Origin: Cystobasidiomycetes sp. EMM_F5
Lineage: Eukaryota
Reading direction: 5' to 3'
Length of the DNA: 64,000 bases
Assembly: GCA_051047955.1 (NCBI GenBank)
Contig: JBPGPT010000020.1
Span: 186,001-250,000, forward strand
Each line of letters opens with the position of its first letter. Within the stretch, counting starts at the first letter, position 1. Shown one piece after another: positions 11,951 through 24,208 of the stretch. The position numbers and the translations under genes are program-made. The notes beneath the pieces are model-generated. The model was not told the origin of the DNA and ran no database searches. It was given only the letters and a program-made list of their open reading frames with translations.

Positions 11951-14900
11951 CTAGAGCTCGTCCGGACTGAGCTCGCCAGCACTGACAAAGTCCTTTTCGG
12001 TAGCAGTGTCAGTCTCGTAAGAAGAGCCAGCCGGTGTAGTCGGTAGGTACTGAAGGTAACAGGCCATCAGTACGAGAACAACACATTCGTCAAGACACCG
12101 TCCGCTCACTTCGCCAAAGTAATGCGCAGCCGTCGACCGAGGAGTACGCGGTGTGCGTGGCATGCGAGAGGTGTGCCCAGACATAAAGATGAACCACGCA
12201 ATCAGGCCAGTCCAGCCTGCAAATCGCGTCAGCGTGTGACACAAAGCTTGTCTTTAGTGGTGACTGACCTGTCTGGTGACTAGCACCGATGCCTTTTGCC
12301 GAGTCAGCGTGGAAGTATTCGTAAAACTATGCAACAATGTCAGTATCGGCTTGGCTTTCCCGCCAGTGCTACTCACTTGAACATGTTCACGGAAGTGGAC
12401 ATCCTTATTGAGCTTCTCGTTGCCTCCATTGTACGCTCTATTGCCCTCATGGTCACGCTGGAAGATGTTGATGATGCGATGTTGAATCTCCTCTGCTACA
12501 TTTGCAAGGTTCATCATATCACCAGAACCAGTCGGGCATTCAATTTTGAAGTCGTGACCATAATACTGATGGAATCGCTGCAGACTCTCAATGAGGAGGA
12601 ATGTAGTAGCTAGCCAGATTGGCCCTCTCCAGTTACTGTTTCCTCCAAACATGCCAGAGTGAGAGTCGCCAGGCCAGTAATTGACCTCAAAGTGCTCGCC
12701 ATTCAGATCCATACTGTATGGCTTCTCCTTGTGCTCCTTGGACAGAGAACGGATACCATACTCGGACAAGAACTCGTCTTCGTTCAACATCCGCTTCAAG
12801 ATTTTGCGAAGTCGGTCCTCGCTGGCCAGCGCAAGCAACTTTCGGTCGCCGCGACCTTTGGCAGCCATGTTCGCGATGTTGCGATTCGATATATCGCCTC
12901 GGTTCTGAATGAACCAGTCCATGCGCTTTCGGAAACCAGGGAACTTCTTAATGATGCCTGGCTCGAGCGTCAGGGTACCGTATAGCGGAATCAAGCCAAC
13001 TAGCGATCGGACTGGCATTTGCTCAGTGCGGCCATCCGGGAACTCGATCGCATCATAATAGAAGCCGTCCTCCTCATTCCACAACGAAGTCGCAGCGTGG
13101 TCGCCCGATCGGAAAGTCATTGCGTCAGAGATGAATACGAAATGCTCAAAGAATTTCGAAGCGATATCCTCGTATGACGGATTATGTTTTGCAAGCTCGA
13201 GTGCCATGTTGAGCATGTTGAGACAGTAAAAAGCCATCCAGGAGGTACCGTCCGCTTGACGCAGAGTACCACCGGTCGGCAACGGCTCGGATCGATTGAA
13301 GATGCCGATATTGTCGAGACCGAGAAATCCGCCTTCGAACACGTTCAAACCGCCGGCGTCTTTACGATTGACCCACCAAGTGAAGTTCATCAGCAATTTC
13401 TGGAATACACGCTCGAGGAAACCGATGTCTTCGCGTCCGTACATCTTGCGTTCTATCTTGAAGACGCGGAAAGTCGCCCAAGCGTGCACTGGCGGGTTGA
13501 CATCGCCATAGCTAGAGAGACGATGTTGTCAGTATGGTAGACGCCTCAGACGAAGTCACGACTGTACTCACTTCCACTCGTACGCGGGCAGGGCACCATC
13601 TGGCTTCATATACCACTCCCTCGTCATCAGCATGAGCTGATTCTTGGCGTAAGCAGGATCAACCATTGCAAGGGGGATACAATGGAAGGCAGTGTCCCAC
13701 GCTGCAAAGAAGGGGTACTCCCACTTGTCTGGCATGGACAGGATATCTTCGCAGTGCAAATGCCTCCAATCCCTGTTTCGTACCCATTGCCTCTCTGGAG
13801 GCGGAGGTGGCTGACCAGGATCTCCGGCGAGCCATTCCTTCTGAATGAAGTAGTAGAATTGCTTAGTCCAAAGCATGCCCGCGAGAGCCTGTCGCATGAT
13901 ATTTCGCAGGTCGTCCGTCAATGCTCCGGAATTGAAGCGCGAATAGAATTCATCGGCGTCATACTTGCGTTCTTGGATAGTCTCGTCAAAGTATTCCTCA
14001 TCGTAGCAAGACTCGTCTTCGTGCTCATCCTTGTCGGTCAGCTTGAGGCGAACCACACAGCACCCGCCTCGAGGCGGCACCCGATGGAAGACGTAGTTCG
14101 CACCAACCTTTGTACCTTTACGTTCCGGATTGATAAAGTTTGGCCATTTCGGTGCAGGTACTTCCGGCAAATGATACTTTGTAGTCGGCTGAGGTGTAGA
14201 TGGCAAAGAGTGCGGAGGATCGTCTTGATTATTGAGTTGTTCAAAGTTTTTGCCTGGCGAACCAGAGTCTGCACACGGAGCCAATTTCGGTTCGACTTCG
14301 AGATGATCTGCCGTAGGGGCAATCTCTCCTTCAGCCGGTTGCTCCGACTTTGGCAGTGGATGGCGATGTGAAAAGATGATGTGATCGTGAAAAGCGTCCT
14401 TGACATATGGGACTTGATTGACGCCTCCATACAATCGATGAAAGTTGGTATCATTATCGGTAAACATGAGCTCTGGAGCAACGCTTTCCTCGGAAATGAC
14501 TGGCTGCTGGGTTGCGGATCTCGATCTTTCACCTCTCCGGACCGGCTCAATTGGGCCAGGCGATTCATTAAAGTGGCAAAAGTATCGTCCAAGGGTTTCA
14601 TGGTTCATCTGGACAGTCGTCTCCGTCTTGGCCTTCATACTCGGCATCTTCTTGCCTGTCGGACGTTCTTTTGGCCAAGACCACGTATTTCTAAACCACA
14701 ATTGCGGAATGATGTGGAGGTCTGCGGGTTCAGGTCCACGATTGTAGGCTGTGATACGGATAGAGCAGCCATTCTCGTTTTGCTCGTCCTTGGCGTACTC
14801 GACAAAGATGTCCCAGTATCGATCGTCATCAAACGCATCAGTATCGGTAATTTCAAACTCGACGACATCTCGAGATCGTTGAGTAGATTCGCGAACGAGT

Positions 14901-16271
14901 TGTTCGTAGGGGTACTCCCGTTGAGGATACTTGTAGAGGTACTTCATGTAGGAATGGGTAGGGGTACTGTCGAGATAGTAGTACATTTCCTTGACGTCTT
15001 CTCCGTGGTTGCCCTGATGTCCAGTGACACCAAACAGCCTCTCCTTCAAGATGGGATCAACTCCGTTCCACAGCGCCAAGCCAAAGCACAATCGCTGATG
15101 ATTGTCAGACAGGCCGGCAAGACCGTCTTCTCCCCATCGGTACGCACGAGATCGAGCATGATCGTGGGGGAAGTGAGTCCACGCATCTCCATTGCCAGAG
15201 TAGTCTTCGCGAACGGTCGCCTGATCGCAAACACAGAGAAATATCAGGATGAATGAAGTTGCAAAAGATGACGAAGGCTCATACCCATTGACGCTCAGAT
15301 AGATACGGGCCCCACCGTTTCCAGTGCTTTGCTTTGCTCTCAGCTTCGTCCAAGCGACCTTCCTCGACAGATTTTTCCTCTTCGAATGGATTACGCTCTT
15401 CCTTGATACCAGGTGTAGGGAATGGCTTCATATTGTCTTTCGGATCGCGTTTGGACGAAGTGCTGCCGATAGAATCTACAGTCGAGCTGCGGGTGTGATT
15501 TCGCTTGTGTGGAAGGTGGCTGCGACCGTCTCTATCGAAATGATTCTGGCCGTTGGGCTGGGAAGATGTTTTAGCATTTGCGGAGGGCAGGGAACCAGAC
15601 TGGGGAATGTGCGTAGCATTGGATGAGGCAGTTGAGGAAGGAAAGTCTGGGACGTTTGTAAAGCTATCGTTTGAGCGGTTTGCGCTAACCGGAGACTGCT
15701 CTATTTCAGTCTCTGGTTCCCTCTCACCATCGTAGCCTGCTTCATCGTCGGTAGTCTTGCCGTCTCCGCTTGTCTTTGTGTTTGCCCTTGCGACTTGCCT
15801 GGCAATTGGCGGTCTCGTACTGAGCTGTCCGATGGAGGGTTTCGCAGTGATGGCACTTGAACCCGGCGATGATTTATCGACTTGGGGCGATGCTATCGGA
15901 GTTGCTTCGTTGCTCAGCGATGTACCTCCAGAAGTTCCATTCGCAGCCGAGCTGGCTCCCAGGAACGGCCTCTGACGACTCGCTGCGCCAGGCGGAATAC
16001 CGATACTGAGTGTATCGCTCCCTCGTCGTTTGCTTATCGGATCAATGACCTGCCCAGCTACGCCGTCCAGCTGCTTGTTGTCTGGCGCTGCAGACCCAGT
16101 CGACATTGACGCCATTGCCAGTCCAGGATTTGGGAGTTCCTGGGTCGGGGTTTTCGAGCCAGCGAGCGCGCCAGAGGGTACACCGCTGCTGTTGAGCGAT
16201 ACAGCAGTGTCCCTCGCCAGCACCCGGCTGCCCAGGCTGTCGATAGTCTTGCTGCTGCCCTTTCCAGCCAT
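11951..16271 (-). CDS. Glycoside hydrolase family 63-like protein (YMR196W/MGH1-like) with low-complexity N-terminal extension
   Basis: WKRWGPYLSERQW, RSRAYRWGEDG, HGEDVKEMYYYLDSTPTHSY, SMPDKWEYPFFAAWDTAFH, NPPVHAWA, FEGGFLGLDNIG, GGNSNWRGPIW, HQTGWTG across several exons. Confidence 0.9.
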
Positions 16272-16574
16272 CGCTTAGCCGTCCGATGGCCTCACGATAT
16301 CAAGCCAGAGTAAGTTTTGCGGCTGTTTATCTTGAGGGTTTGGGTGTTGCAAGCCTAATCAGTGTGGTTGTGTTCTAATGGCTGCACTGTCCCGCTTCTG
16401 CGCTGACCGCTGCAGCCTTCAGTCGTGAGGTTGCGAAAAAGCCTTCAACGACGTCAAAGTAAAGTCAACATTTCTGTGCCTGACACTCGCGTGAAAACAC
16501 GTTGAGGTTGCATAAATCACACAACGCTTGTAAGGCGTACGACAAGTCTAGCTTAATGACTTGACATTGCCTTC

Positions 16575-18353
16575 TCAGACTATCCCGGCAACTCGCTCGA
16601 CAAAGCCTGAGAGATCATACCCCGGAGCGAGAACGACTTGCAATAGCAGCTCTCGCTCTTCATCGCTACTCAACTGCTTGAAGAAGGCAAAGTCGTCCTT
16701 CGGATTGGCAGAAGGACCCCTGCGAAGACCCGGATACAGTGCTCGGCAGATTTTGTCGACCGCCGTCTTGCGAGGCACATCGCCAGGCAGATTACCAGTC
16801 AATGCGGCTCCGCCTGTTGCAGCGGTGTGCACCATATTTCCCATCATACGGTCGTCAACGGCTCTTGAAGGCACATCACCGCCTTCGATAATCAGAGTCG
16901 CGCCCGCCGCCGCTGTACCTGTACCAGCCTGTTCACCCAGTAAATACTTCTCAATCGCAGCGATGCTCGACATGGAGACGTTCGAGTTCGAGTGAGTATC
17001 CGATGCCTGATGAATTTGTCCCGTCGACTCTGTGTTTACTGAATGCGACACTTCGGGCGGGTTATGGCTCAAATACCCTTTAAAGGGAGCTTGACGAGTG
17101 GCTGAAGAAGCGAGAGGAGTAGCGTCTGCAAGGATGGGTAGTGCAGGCTGCAATCTCTGCTGAGTGCTCTGGCCTTCATACCGTGCTGATTGGCCGATGC
17201 CAGAATCTCCGGCAAGATCAGCAGACGGCATGGCCCAAGCGTACATTTGGGGTGGAAGGAATGATCGATGTTCTTGCTCATCCTGATTCCATCTGAGATT
17301 GGAAGGAGGCAGATAATGCGGTGTACTTGAAGTGATGCCAGTGCGACTCTGCTGCGTGAACGGAGGGGTCATCACAGAAGCTTGTGAAGCTGCACCCTGC
17401 GATGCCTCGACGTACGAAGGAAGTGGAGGAGACCACTGATTCAGACGCGGCAGTTGAGATTGTGAATCCGTATCTATTGGCATGTCAGACTGAAGGTCCC
17501 TCTGTCGGTACTTCTCCCTTGCTGATGTGGAAATCTGCGATTCAAACAGCATGTAATCTGGTCTGTTGTTGCTGGATGTCAGACGCGGTGTGGCAGCGGA
17601 TTGGTAAGGTGTGCTACGTGCTGGCATTTGCGATGCCTGTTGACTCTCAGTCAGGAGGGTCTGTGCATTATGGGGTAAATCGGCGGCCCGTGCACGCTTA
17701 TTCTTGGTTGAAGTGGCAGCAGATGGTACATAGGGTTTCAACCTGACGTTTGGATGAAGATACTGCTTTGCTAGAGTGTGCGTAGACGTGGCCCCGGCAG
17801 TCAGTACATGAAGCAGGGTGGAAAGGAATTGAGACTGAAATGTAGCAGTCTCGAAATGCAATTGTATCACTGATCGTTCTTGCCATTCTGGACGAGCGAT
17901 TGACCATGGTGTGACAACTTTGAAGCCTATTGACAGGCTATCGTGTATGATCAGCACTTTGTACTGTTTTGCGGGTTCGAGAGTCTCCGAGGGTTTTCGA
18001 ATGAACGGGATGAGATCAATACAGCACTGAGCGGGCATGGATCATTAGGTCGTTAGACCAAATTAGTTTTAGGACGCTACACACTTCCACCGAAGCGCCC
18101 AGCTTGACTTGGATGTCATTTGGGCGGAGTTGGAGGGTGATGTCGATGTCTTTCGAAAAGCTGTCAAAAGGATGTCAGCGGACACGATATTCAAATCCAA
18201 CGGAACTACTACTCGCTGATGTTTCCAGTCGTTGCCCTTCTTGACTACTGATGCTGTAGCATGTTCCGCGGGCTCCTTGTTTGTTTTGCTATCGATGATG
18301 GTCTTTGGTTGTACACTCAGCTTTGCGAGCGGGAGACTGAGCAGGACAGACAT
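16575..18353 (-). CDS. Putative meiotic double-strand-break protein Rec114/Rec7
   Basis: Two exons (intron about 18027-18080). N-terminal beta-rich block (LPLAKLSV...DWKHQ...SIGFKVV...VIQLHFET...FLSTL), disordered S/Q/P middle, C-terminal EERELLLQVVLAPGYDLSGFVERVAGIV resembling the Rec114 C-terminal motif. Remote homology judged by eye. Confidence 0.55.
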
Positions 18354-18456
18354 GGTCCATCAGGCGATATTGAGGATCAGATTGGAGCAGAAACAGGCCA
18401 TTCCCTCAGCCAGAGTGTCCATTTAGTATACTGCAGTCAAACATCTTTTACTCAAA

Positions 18457-18481
18457 ACGCGTCTTCACTCAATTTACGCGC
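18457..18481. promoter_or_regulatory. MCB-like elements in a divergent promoter
   Basis: ACGCGT at 18457-18462 and an ACGCG core at 18476-18480 in the 231-bp gap between the Rec114-like gene and the membrane-anchored gene. Confidence 0.35.
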
Positions 18482-18584
18482 TTCTGTTTGTTGACAATTG
18501 AGCTGCAAATTTGCAAGACTTGCTCGCATAAAGTAATGAAGACCATGACCTGCAAGCTGGTATCGAGGACATAAAGGCTGCGGT

Positions 18585-21500
18585 ATGGTCGGCGGAGGGT
18601 ACTCGTCAGACCCGACGAGCAGCACGCTGGCAAGCTCAAACGGCGAGAAACTGACATCCAGCCGGCAAGCAAGGCAGGGAGCAACGAATAATCATGGGAG
18701 TTACGACACATCGCCCAGCTCATTACACCACTCTCACCTCTCCATACCATCCGCCGGGACGCATGTGCTACAATCCACGCCCGCGAACTTGGCTTCGTCT
18801 CCCCAGGTCGCAAGGACCCGTGTGACCAGGACACAGAGCGATAGCAGACTATCTCTTCCTCCAGGATCGATAGTGCCATCCGAGCAGAGCGAAGTTGACT
18901 CGTCCATCGATGTAGACCGTGCCGACGAGGATATACCGCTCGAGCGCAACGAACGGCGCAATACAGATCATGCCATGGCCGGTGTGACTGCTTTCGATGC
19001 TGATAACGAAGTGGACCTCAGAGACGACGACAATCAAACTGAATACGCACCTGGAGTACCGGCTGCATCGCATTCAAATGCAAGACCCGCCGGGGTACGA
19101 GAGTACTGGAACGAGCTACTTGCAGGACAGCAAGCGGTGGATCAGAGAGCGCGTTCACTAGCAACTGGAGCTACGTCTCTAGGGATTGCGCCAGCGCCCT
19201 CGACAGGAAGCAGTACGCTAGTCGAGCATGATCACGCACAGTACATACACCCTACGAAACGTGTCTCTCCGCCTGCATATCTGCACGACAGACCGTCCTC
19301 CGCCCCACCCATACCTACACAATCCACACCGAGTCGTGTCGAACGTCAAAGCCAGACAAGGCGGAGATCGCCTCTGCATGAACATATAGCACGATTCGCC
19401 TCCCTCGATACTAGCGAGGAGCCATCTCGGTCGAGCAAAGATCGTTCGTCGTCTGTTACGCCTCAGGCATCCGCAATCAGTCATCTGCATCAGGAACTGT
19501 CGGAGCACTATGAGAATAGAGACGCAACGCCGCCTTCGGAAGTCGTGTCTCGAGTGCATGACATTTTCGCACGGCATATCCGGAGAGCATCACTCAATAA
19601 CGCTAGCATTACAAGACCGTTGACTGGCAGACCTCCAGTCAGTATCAATCTGTCAAATGGAGATTCTCAGACAGCAGCCGTATTAGCCCAGCCTCGTCAG
19701 TCTACACAGCGGCAGCCTAGGCAAAGACTACGAGACTTGTTGGCTGCGGAAGCCACAACTCCTCTGGCTTTAGCGCATCATCGCCAAGATTCTGCATCCT
19801 CGACTCGCGGTAGCGAGCATAGTATCACTCCTCTACATGTCCGTCAGCAACAGCGTCGGGAAGCAGCGAGGGCGGAACATAAGTCGATAGACACGGCCAT
19901 GTCTCGAAATAAGTCACCACAGCTCAATTCCACGCCATCGTATCGAGAGCACAGGCGGAATCCTTTACCACCACATAATGAAAGCGACCAGGAAAGTCAA
20001 GACGAAGGTCCACCCCCTCCACTAGCAGCTCGTTACGTTTCAGAATATCTGCAAGATGAGGCGGCTTCGGGAGATGAGCATCGCATCCCTCAATCATATA
20101 CCGATAACGCCTCCAGTGGAGCTCACTTGATCAGAGAGTGGCAGCAGCTCACTGAACGAACCGCTGCGCTGCGGTTAGAGGAGCATAGATACGAAGAAGA
20201 CGGAGACGGAGATATCGAGACAGATGGCAGCGATGGCGAAGACCCACATGAACTCATCGACGAAGAGATGGCTGAGGACGAGGAGGACAGCTTCTCGCCA
20301 AGTATGGGAGAAGACGAAGACCATCATGGTGATGTCGGGCAGGAAACGGCAGACGATGCGGACGTGCATGATCGGCCCGCAAGGCACGCTTTAGTGACCC
20401 CGAGCAACGACTGGCGAGCTGAGAATCGTAGATTTGCGGCAAATGAATCGGCTGCACGTATTCAGCGCCGTACTGCCAACTCTGAGACATTGCAAGAGCA
20501 AGAAAGAGTCAAGCAACGGGTTGTTCCGTCAATCTACACGGACCCAGAAAGAGCTGCTACCGCTGTTCTCCATGCTTCAGTCAACCGCTACGACTCTCCA
20601 TCGAAATCAGGTAGACTTACTCGGACGCCGCCTAAGACTCCACATCCGCCAGGACACTATGTCGCTGAAACGCCTGACGTGACATTACCTTCTCCGACTC
20701 ATCGCACTCACCACACAGCTTCGGCGCCTACCCTGACACCCTCCACAACAAGGAATACCGTTTCAACACCATATGCAATTGACAAATCTCGCTTACCCAA
20801 TCTGCCTGGCAGGTATGTCTCGCCCTCACCAACTAAGCATACCGCGCATCTACAGGTCACAAATTCACCTTCCCGTAATAATCTGACTCCGCCACGGCAT
20901 CCTCACCTAGTTAACGCGTCTCCAGAGTCGCGAAACCAGTCGAATACCAAGGCTATAACATCCGGCACCGGCCTTGCTACTGCTCTTGCGCGGCAGCCAT
21001 CTTTTGCAAGTCCTTCGCGTGTGAAATTGCGACCGCAGAATCGATTACAACTTGAGTCAGAACACGAAGCCTCCACGCGAGAAGCGCCTACTCCCGGATC
21101 AAATGAGGTCATCGGAGTGGAAGAAATTGACGATAATATCAGTCCGCACCGGCAACGCACAGCCAGCGGAGACAGTGTTTTGCAGACTTTACTTAGCGAC
21201 TTAGTTCGACCTCTGCGGAATCTGCTGAGCTCGCCTGCCAAGCTGCAAAAACCAACGCATGCCTCTCAAGATGAAGTCGATGCAGTCAGCCCGCAACGCG
21301 GAACACCTTCTCGGACCGATTCAAGAAGAGTTGAGGCCGAAGCCGACATCTTCAAGTCTCCACAGCGTAGGGTATGCAACAGCGCTCACTCACTTGCCAA
21401 GCTTAAGATAACTGGCTGACGCTATTTGCGCCCAGGCGGAACAAGAAAAGCTTCTACAGCAGCTCGCAGAGGCAGATCGACTGGATCGTACCCTCACACA

Positions 21501-22017
21501 ACGGCTCGAGGAGATGCGAAGTGCTGTAGACGAAATGAGCAGTAAACTGTCCCATCACGTAAGCACAGTTTTGACTCATTCATTCCGTCAAGAATCGAAA
21601 CGGCGACGCTTATGGCTGGTCGTGGTCGTGCTTGCCCAACTTGGACTGGCATGGATGCTATTCCGCGTTGCCAATGCTCGAGCAGAAAGCTATTTCCGCA
21701 CTACATACTATGATCCCTTCTCGCCTACGTCATTTCATCATGATTCTGCTTTCCTCTCATACATCAGTCCTTCCTCACATTTCCACAACTCTGCGACAGG
21801 GCTATTCCTGCCGGAGTACGTCCCTAATATGCAAACATCCATCGAAAAAACACGCACTTGGCATTTTTATATACGCTGTCTTTACATCTTATGGGACAGT
21901 ATAGTCTCGCTTGGCCTGGATAGCACCGGATTTCCCCATGGATCGTTTCTTGGACACACTTCTATCCTTTCATCAGTAGATCAGGTTTCTGCATCAATGC
22001 CGATAGTACCGACATAA
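18585..22017 (+). CDS. Large disordered protein (~1120 aa) with coiled coil and C-proximal TM; possible nuclear-envelope (KASH-like) protein
   Basis: 944-codon ORF spliced (intron 21372-21435) to AEQEKLLQQL... coiled coil, KRRR plus TM LWLVVVVLAQLGLAWMLF, TTYYDPF motif, ending MPIVPT. Many SP/TP sites. Confidence 0.7.
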
Positions 22018-22120
22018 GACGTAACGACTGCAGGAAGGACGCGTGTAGTTAGTATTAAGCAGCGGGGCATGGTGATTGCTGGATATTAGTTGAATAGGGA
22101 GGGTCTCGGCCTGCGAATGT

Positions 22121-22150
22121 TTTGTGTTGTTGTACTTTGTGTTGTTGTAC
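22121..22150. repeat. Short tandem duplication (TTTGTGTTGTTGTAC x2) between convergent 3' ends
   Basis: Exact 15-bp direct repeat seen in the sequence. Confidence 0.8.
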
Positions 22151-22265
22151 GTTGTACATGCTAGCACGTGTACATAGGCACACTCAAGAAGAACGTTCTT
22201 AGAATCAGCGAGGCGTCGACATCACGCGGGAGCCAAACATCTTTTGTTCTAAGTTTTAGCGAAAA

Positions 22266-23141
22266 TTACAAGCGGGAAGCTGGTTTTAACAAGGCCAGGC
22301 ATTCAATCTATGCGACCAAAGAAAGATCAATGGAGATTGAGTATTTAGAGGCAGGTTTGACTTACTTCTACAAGGGCATCTTTTGGCAGCCGTGCTACCT
22401 CCACACATGACCGGCAGGGCTTGTGCTCTCCGAAGTGTTTCGTATACACGGCGTTGAGTCCTGCAAAGTCATTCATGTCCTTCAGGAAGACTACGGCAAG
22501 GTGTCATTTCAGTGCTCATCCACAGTTGCGCTCAGAACATACCGGTAGTCTTGACGACTTTAGATAGATCACTTCCCGCCTCCGCTAGAATGGCTTTGAT
22601 GCTTTCGAACACGCGTTCCGTTTGCTCGGTAATACCGCCTGCATGCGCTACGAGTCAGCTTACAGCAACGTTCCATCGGATTCCCGCACCTTCAACGATT
22701 GTCAACGATTTCGGGTCAAGAGGAACAACGCCCGACAAGAATAGCTGCAGGTGAACGAAATGTTAGCATTCTGTCAGGATTTGCGTGATGTTCAGCCGCT
22801 CGCCAGTCCGAGATCCGTTTTGATTGCCTGGACTGTCATGCGTGTGGTCGGGTAGTAAGATCAGCTCCCGTACACAAGTGAAAACCAGCTTTCAGCAAGA
22901 GCTTGCCATAAGGACCCTACGTGTCTCTATCACTCAGTTATTTTGCTCTACGAGATCAACTATGCAATGTACTTACAATTGCTGAAGGAGCGCCATTCGT
23001 CGAAACGACCTCTCCACAGGACGACGAAGAAGACATCCTAGCTCTGTGTCTAAGTAACGGCTGCGTCGCGATACTCGTGAGCCTTGCGGTGTGCAGTTGT
23101 GGTGAAAGCAGCCTTGTTCGTAATATTTGTCGAGTTATCAT
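22266..23141 (-). CDS. RidA/YjgF/YER057c/UK114 family enamine deaminase (Mmf1/Hmf1-like) with mitochondrial presequence
   Basis: Spliced: [35 protein letters not shown]...[10 protein letters not shown]...[21 protein letters not shown]...[24 protein letters not shown]. Arg-rich, acid-free N-terminus. Confidence 0.9.
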
Positions 23142-23282
23142 GATGGGTAACGGGCAATGATTGTCTAGTCGGAGCATGCACGCAAGTTGGCTAACTTGTG
23201 TTTAATTCTGAAGCCATGTAGATAACAAGAACAGCTACCCTGTATACACCGAGAAAGTCTACAAAGCGGCCAGCGAATTCAC

Positions 23283-24002
23283 TCAGACGCAGCATTGCTC
23301 GTGGGAGCCTGATGCCGGTCGGATCATGAGAGTAGTAGTGTAATCCTGCTGCGCACCGGGCTTGTACTTCGACAGATCAACCGTGAAGCTCCCGACTTCT
23401 GCAAAGCCAAGCTTCGTGTATAGCGATACCGCGGCCGGACTGGCCTCCAGATATGTAAACACGCCAATTTCGTCTGCGAGAGCTAGACCGTACTCAAGCA
23501 GCTTGGTACCAACACCTTGCTTTTGGTAGTCCGGGTTGGTGAATAAGTTTGAAAGGCCTGTAGGGTAGGAGCGCTGTGAGCCAGCATTCCCTCATCACTC
23601 GCACACAAACATCAATGACTACGCACGGATATGTGCCTTTCCATCTGTATGGGTTTGCTGATGCTTGTAGAGTTCCAGCTTGAAATCATTCTTCAATTGT
23701 GTGTTTATGGATGGATGTCGACGGTGAGTCCTCGCGGGTACAGCTGCCTGCTCGGGCTCGCGGGAGATACGCCATTTAGCAAACCCGACGACGTCTTGTG
23801 GAGAGAATTGTTTGACTGCGAGCACCATCAACACTTTGGGATCCGTAGTATCCTTTCGATAATCGGCATCGGATTCGGCTTTGAGGGTGCTCGAATATCC
23901 TTGTGGATACAGAGCATCTTGCAGCGGTGAGCGAATTCCGAGGACAATGTCAGTGATGGCACCCGCGTCAGCTTCTGTCGCGAGCCGGAGTGTGAATGAC
24001 AT
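23283..24002 (-). CDS. GNAT family N-acetyltransferase
   Basis: MSFTLRLATEAD...VVGFAKW...intron...LSNLFTNPDYQKQGVGTKLL (Q-x-x-G-x-G acetyl-CoA motif)...YLEASPAAVSLYTKLGF. Confidence 0.9.
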
Positions 24003-24208
24003 TTGAAGAGACGCGATATCACGACTGGAATGGTGGTCGACAAGAGCAAAGCAGAGCGCAAGTAAGCGACATCTGAGCAGCTCTTGTCCGCTGCTCCGGG
24101 GCGCCCCGTCCGCCGGTTAGACGGGCTTGAGTTGGACTGACAAGGAAGAGGCCTGAGCGTCAAAGGCATGGTTGAACCTGCAGACTGACAAAAGAAGTGC
24201 TATTCAAG

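Noticed and set aside
13682..15256. Long plus-strand ORFs (229 and 291 aa) over the GH63 gene
   Set aside because: Antisense shadows of a codon-biased coding sequence, with no recognisable motifs.
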